NCBI GenBank assembly: GCA_020851395.1 | Contig: JADZCW010000013.1 | Location: 1 to 40,027 of the forward strand | Direction: 5' to 3' | Origin: Phycisphaeraceae bacterium | Lineage (GTDB): Bacteria > Planctomycetota > Phycisphaerae > Phycisphaerales > Phycisphaeraceae | DNA length: 40,027 nt | Part shown: one piece after another, positions 36,124-40,027 of the stretch | How the letters are laid out: each line of letters starts with the position of its first letter | How positions within the stretch are numbered: position 1 is the first letter of the stretch | Position numbers and translations under genes: made by a program | Notes under the pieces: generated by a model | Told to the model about the DNA's origin: nothing | The model's input: the letters and a program-made list of their open reading frames with translations, nothing else | Databases searched by the model: none

Positions 36124-36411
36124 TCACACCTCGATGTCCATGGCCATCAGCTCGGCGTCCTGCCGCAGCGGGCCGGCGACCTTCACGTGCTCGGGATGGA
36201 ACTGATACGTCTGCAGGGCCTCGCGGCTGGCCAGCGTCACCAGCAGGCCGTGCGTGAAACCATTGGCCCGATCCGTGAAGTTCGGGCCGATGCTCAGCTT
36301 CGTGACCCCCGGCACCGTCTTGCTCAGACCGGCCAAGCCCGTCAGGTGCTCCTCGATCCGCTGCGGCGTCACGCCCGAACGAAACTTGATCCAGACCATG
36401 TGCTCAACCAT
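36124..36411 (-). CDS. Dabb (stress-responsive A/B barrel) family protein
   Basis: A 95-aa protein. MVWIKFRSGVTPQRIEEHL..L..L...VPGV...S.G.NF.......THG....F.S.EAL..YQ.HP.H is the PF07876 pattern. Confidence 0.85.
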   Translation of the reverse strand: MVEHMVWIKFRSGVTPQRIEEHLTGLAGLSKTVPGVTKLSIGPNFTDRANGFTHGLLVTLASREALQTYQFHPEHVKVAGPLRQDAELMAMDIEV

Positions 36412-36624
36412 GTTCGGTCACTCCTTGGATCGACCCGGCCCAGGATATCGCCCGCCATGCGGGAGGTGGCGAGGACAGGGCGGACAACATTTTCTAGGCA
36501 GGACAATAATTTGCCATCTATCTGTGGCTCGCAAGTCATGATTTGTAGAGAATTTGCTCGACTCCAATCAACCCCCCGCCGCGGATCGGGAGGGAACTGT
36601 CGACCGTGTCGCGGGCGGATCTGA

Positions 36625-37719
36625 TCAAACGCCGCCGGCTTGGGCGGGAGGCAGCAGGGATCGCTCGATCAGACTCCAGAGCTCATCCAGACCGTCGAGC
36701 CAGCGCAGGCCCACCACCGCGCGGCGGACGGACAGCCCCTGCCAGGCGCCGGGGTCGATGTCCCGGAGCTTGACCCAGTCCTTCTCCGACGTCACGACCA
36801 CTTCGGCGCCGTTCTGCCGGGCCCAGGCCGCGATCTCCCGGACGTCGGCCTCGGTGTAGGCGTGGTGATCGGGGAAGCTCGTGCAGGCGAGCACGTCGAC
36901 GGCGACCTGGCGCAGGGACCGCTCGAAGGCCCCGGGGTTGGCCAGACCGCAGACGCCGACCACGGGCTCGTTCTTCACCGCGTCGAGCGGGATCGATCGG
37001 CCGTCGGCGTCGAGGTACTCGCGCCAGCCGTGGGCGGCGTGGGCGATCGGCGGCCGGCCGGCGCGCCGCTCGATCTGTCGATCCAGTTCGACCAGGGCGG
37101 CGGCGTCGACCTGATCGGCGCGAGTGACGATCACCGCGTCGGCCCGTCGCAGGGATGAAACGGGTTCACGCAACAGCCCGCGAGGCAGAAGATGGCCGTA
37201 TCCCCAGGGGTTTGAGGCGTCGATCAGAACCACGTTCAGATCGCGGTGCACCCGGCGGTGCTGGAAGCCGTCGTCGAGCAGGAAGACGTCGACGTCCGTG
37301 GTGTTCAGGACCTGTCGCGCAGCCTGTGAGCGATCGGCGTTCGCGGCCACTGGCACGCCTGGGCCCAGGGCCTCGGCCAGCATCATGGCCTCGTCGCTGC
37401 GATGGTTCGCGTCGGCCTTGTAACCGCGCAGGAGCACCGCCGGGCGCCGCCCGCGCTCCCGCAACCGGCGGGCGAGGTCGATGACCATCGGCGTCTTGCC
37501 CGTGCCGCCAGTGGTGAGGTTGCCCACACTGATCGTCGGCCGACCCAGCCGGTGGACGCTGCGCAGGCCGTGGTCGAACATCGCGTTGCGGACGACCACC
37601 GCCGCGGCATAGCCCGGCACGAGCGCATTCAGCCCCACGCGCAGCAGGCCGGCCTGGGGGCCACGCGCCTCGCCGGACATCACCGCGACGATCCCGCCGG
37701 GGCTGGATCGCGAAGACAC
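36625..37719 (-). CDS. lpxK: tetraacyldisaccharide 4'-kinase
   Basis: ISVGNLTTGGTGKTPMVIDLARRL (P-loop), LLRGY, FLLDDGFQH and DHH are the LpxK pattern over the full length. Confidence 0.9.
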   Translation of the reverse strand: MSSRSSPGGIVAVMSGEARGPQAGLLRVGLNALVPGYAAAVVVRNAMFDHGLRSVHRLGRPTISVGNLTTGGTGKTPMVIDLARRLRERGRRPAVLLRGYKADANHRSDEAMMLAEALGPGVPVAANADRSQAARQVLNTTDVDVFLLDDGFQHRRVHRDLNVVLIDASNPWGYGHLLPRGLLREPVSSLRRADAVIVTRADQVDAAALVELDRQIERRAGRPPIAHAAHGWREYLDADGRSIPLDAVKNEPVVGVCGLANPGAFERSLRQVAVDVLACTSFPDHHAYTEADVREIAAWARQNGAEVVVTSEKDWVKLRDIDPGAWQGLSVRRAVVGLRWLDGLDELWSLIERSLLPPAQAGGV

Positions 37720-37758
37720 GTCATTTGCAGGGGGAAATGGGGCAGTCAGACGTCGGCC

Positions 37759-38448
37759 TCACGTGGGATCAGCGGGCGATCCATCGCCCCATTCTCGCAG
37801 AATGGGCAGGATCCTGCGCATCGGCAGGCCCACGACCGTGCCCGGATCGCCCTGGACCTTGACCGGCCAGCGGCCCTCGAGCTCGGCCAGGTTGTACCCG
37901 CCGGCCTTGCCCCGCCATCGACCCTGCTCGAGGAACGCGTCGAGCTCCGTGGGCGAGACGGGACCAAGAGTCACGCGGGCGACATCGGCCAGGCTCAGGC
38001 GGCGCGTTTCCACGCCATCGCGCAGGGCGATGAGCATCACACCCGTGACGACCTGGTGCTCACGCCCGAGCAGGCTCTTGAGCATCGTTCGCGCCTCATC
38101 GATGCCCTGGGGCTGACCGAGCAGCAACCCGTCGGGGTTGACGACGATGGTGTCGGCCGCGATCAGGACGACCAGAAGGGTACGGGGTACAGGGTACGGG
38201 GTAGGGGGGAGTGGGTTCTCCTTACCCCGTACCCTGTACCCCGTACCCTTCAGACAACTCTCAGCTTTCTGTCCCGCCAGTTCTATCGCGTGGGCGATGG
38301 CGTCGCCCGCCTCGCTCGCCGGGCTGGGCGGGTCGGCGAAGGGCGGGTCGATCTGTGTGAAGGGGACGCCCGCCTCGGCCAGCAGGGAGGCCCGGCGGGG
38401 TGAACGACTGGCCAGCAGGACATGGGGCCATTGTGGCATGGGGGGCAT
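37759..38448 (-). CDS. maf: Maf-family nucleoside triphosphate pyrophosphatase carrying an in-frame 25-codon palindromic insertion
   Basis: VLLASRSPRRASLL, AADTIV, GREHQVVTGV, GKAGGY and GLP motifs. The probable start is ATG at 38448 or 38439; the track start at 38502 adds an atypical 18-aa extension. See the repeat at 38176-38250. Confidence 0.85.
   Translation of the reverse strand: MPPMPQWPHVLLASRSPRRASLLAEAGVPFTQIDPPFADPPSPASEAGDAIAHAIELAGQKAESCLKGTGYRVRGKENPLPPTPYPVPRTLLVVLIAADTIVVNPDGLLLGQPQGIDEARTMLKSLLGREHQVVTGVMLIALRDGVETRRLSLADVARVTLGPVSPTELDAFLEQGRWRGKAGGYNLAELEGRWPVKVQGDPGTVVGLPMRRILPILREWGDGSPADPT
38176..38250. repeat. 75-bp perfect palindromic element built of RGGGTAC heptads (28-nt arms, 19-nt spacer) inside maf
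   Basis: Arm 38176-38203 AAGGGTACGGGGTACAGGGTACGGGGTA is the exact reverse complement of arm 38223-38250 TACCCCGTACCCTGTACCCCGTACCCTT. Each arm is four tandem 7-mers. CAG flanks both ends. Confidence 0.9.
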
Positions 38449-38673
38449 TGTAGGGCGGGGGATGTCGACGTGGAAAATGGCGTTATCAGTGCTGATATTC
38501 AAGGTTTGAATTCATAAGTCCCGATAAATGAGGCATGACGGACTTAGCGGCCAGAGCCGCTGCGCCCGCCCCTCGCCGCTTACGGACAAACGGCGAGTCA
38601 GGACTCCAACGACTCGGTAGGCAAGGCTCACTCGACGCCGGCAGGTCCGACTCAGGGACGAAAGGACGAGCCC

Positions 38674-40023
38674 GTGCGAACCATCGCGATCATCAACCAG
38701 AAGGGCGGCTGCGGGAAAACCACCGTGGCCATCAACCTCGCGGCCGTGCTCGCCGGTCAGGGCCGCAAGACCTTGCTGGTGGACATGGACCCGCAGGGCC
38801 ACTGCGCGCTGGGACTGGCCGTGCCCGAGGCGCAGATCGACCGCTCGATCTCTGACGTGCTCCGCTGCGGCCTCGACGGCTCACTCGCCTTCGCCGACGT
38901 CACCTGGCAGATCTCCCGCCACCTGGACCTGGCCCCGGCCACCATGGCCCTGGCCGGCATCGAGCAGGAGCTGGCCAACGCCACCGACCGCGACCGCCGG
39001 CTCATCCAGGTGCTCTCGACCGTCGCCGACCAATATGAGTTCTGCATCATCGACTGCCCGCCGTCGATCGGCCTTTTGACCTTCAACGCACTGCGCGCGG
39101 CCCACGAGGTGATCATCCCCGTCGAGACGGGCTACTTCGCGCTGCAGGGTTCGATCAAGCAGGAGGCGACGATCGAGATGCTCGCCCGCCGGGTCAACCA
39201 CCAGGCGCGGTTCAAGGTGCTCGCCACGATGTACGACGTGCGGACCAAGCTCGCACGCGAGATCCTCTCCGAGCTCAAGCGACACTTCGGCGACAAGCTC
39301 CTGCCCGTGGTGGTGCACTTCAACAGCAAGCTCAAGGAGGCGGCGAGCTTCGGCCAGGCGATCACCGAGTACGACCCCGGCAGCCGGGGCATGCAGGACT
39401 TCGAACGCTTGACTGAGTGGCTGATGGCCAACCCCTGCGAGGCGCCCGAGGCGCCCGAGCCGGCGACGGTCGGCAGCCCGGCGCTCAGCCGCGCAGCCGA
39501 GCTGGTCGAGCGTGCCCGGGCCCTGTCGCGCCGCACCGCCGCGCTGGCCGCCAAGCTCCAGGCCGACGCCGACATCCAGGCCGAGCCGAGCGTTCGCGCC
39601 CCGCAGCCGCCGACGGCCGTGGCCGAGCCCACCCCGGCCGGCGACAACGGCGATGGCTCGGTCCTCGCCCCCGTGGCCCAGGAGATCCCCGCCACGCCGC
39701 CGCTGTCCCTGTCCGAAAAACTCGCCAAGGTCTACGGCGTGCGCGCCACGACGCAGGGCCTGCTCTTCGTGCAGCCGGTCGACGGCAAGACGCGAGCCGT
39801 CGCGGTGGCCGGCGACTTCAACGCCTGGTCGCAGACAGCCACCCCGCTGGTCCGGGATGAGCAACTGGGCGTCTGGCAGGTCTGCGTGCCGGTGCCGCCG
39901 GGCCGTTACCGCTACCGATTGATCGTCGACGGCCAGTGGGTCCACGACCCCTACAACCACTACGTCGAGTCGAACCCCTTCGGCGAGCTCGACAGCGTGG
40001 TCGAGGCCGTCGCGACGGCGTGA
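38674..40023 (+). CDS. ParA/Soj-family deviant Walker-A ATPase fused to a C-terminal CBM48 / AMPK-beta glycogen-binding-like domain
   Basis: N-terminus VRTIAIINQKGGCGKTTVAINLAA, LLVDMDPQG, IIDCPPS. A central Ala/Pro-rich linker. C-terminus AVAVAGDFNAWSQTATPLVRDEQLGVWQVCVPVPPGRYRYRLIVDGQWVHDPYN fits the GxFNxW...pGxYxYkfiVDGxW..DP pattern. The GTG start is preceded by AAAGGA. Confidence 0.9.
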   Translation: MRTIAIINQKGGCGKTTVAINLAAVLAGQGRKTLLVDMDPQGHCALGLAVPEAQIDRSISDVLRCGLDGSLAFADVTWQISRHLDLAPATMALAGIEQELANATDRDRRLIQVLSTVADQYEFCIIDCPPSIGLLTFNALRAAHEVIIPVETGYFALQGSIKQEATIEMLARRVNHQARFKVLATMYDVRTKLAREILSELKRHFGDKLLPVVVHFNSKLKEAASFGQAITEYDPGSRGMQDFERLTEWLMANPCEAPEAPEPATVGSPALSRAAELVERARALSRRTAALAAKLQADADIQAEPSVRAPQPPTAVAEPTPAGDNGDGSVLAPVAQEIPATPPLSLSEKLAKVYGVRATTQGLLFVQPVDGKTRAVAVAGDFNAWSQTATPLVRDEQLGVWQVCVPVPPGRYRYRLIVDGQWVHDPYNHYVESNPFGELDSVVEAVATA

Positions 40024-40027
40024 TTCA

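Noticed and set aside
34980-36257. ORFs 34980-36257 (+) and 35035-35979 (-) overlapping the TPR gene
   Set aside because: They are alternative-frame or antisense shadows that are extremely Arg/Gly/Pro/Ala-rich. The 35014 frame gives a TM anchor plus regular TPR repeats.
38176-38250. Heptad repeats considered as a CRISPR array or simple tandem-repeat expansion
   Set aside because: The repeats are only 7 nt long, contiguous with no spacers, and arranged as two inverted arms. There are no cas genes. The element is a palindromic structure, not a CRISPR array.

Overview
High-GC bacterial chromosomal segment (GC judged by eye, not computed). It is densely packed with about 35 protein-coding genes on both strands. 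I recognised no rRNA, tRNA, CRISPR array, transposase or integrase. Gene content points to Planctomycetota, possibly a Phycisphaerae-like lineage: a prepilin-type H-X9-DG pseudopilin, four PEP-CTERM proteins, dockerin-like repeats and a Tat-signal alkaline phosphatase. This taxonomic call is an inference only. Layout: 1-2.8 kb holds a small operon (truncated ORF, small Cys/His membrane ORF, H-X9-DG pseudopilin, PEP-CTERM protein). 2.9-15.4 kb holds mixed metabolism and housekeeping genes (aldo/keto reductase, Gfo/Idh/MocA oxidoreductase, tpx, alkaline phosphatase, membrane protein, beta-carbonic anhydrase, GH38-like hydrolase, amidohydrolase, Cof-type HAD, folP). 15.4-15.9 kb is an atypical 533-bp non-coding stretch upstream of an orphan flgM. 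16.3-18.5 kb holds uppS and purA. 18.6-29.4 kb is an exopolysaccharide locus (CapA-like, Wzz/GumC-like, Wza-like, priming sugar transferase, beta-barrel OMP, two GT2, Wzy-like polymerase). 29.7-33.9 kb holds three tandem paralogous secreted proteins (CBM-like domain, dockerin-like EF-hand repeats, PEP-CTERM anchor). 34.1-40.0 kb holds a eukaryote-type PTPS, a TPR protein, a Dabb protein, lpxK, maf and a ParA-family ATPase fused to a CBM48-like domain. The most unusual observations are: (i) a perfect 75-bp palindromic heptad-repeat element inserted in frame inside maf; (ii) the ParA-CBM48 fusion; (iii) the triplicated PEP-CTERM/dockerin-like genes next to an EPS locus with no recognisable exosortase; (iv) the atypical non-coding region upstream of flgM. 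The many long Arg/Pro/Gly-rich ORFs in the track are antisense or out-of-frame shadows, as expected for high-GC DNA, and were rejected. All family assignments come from motif recognition by eye. No database search was run.
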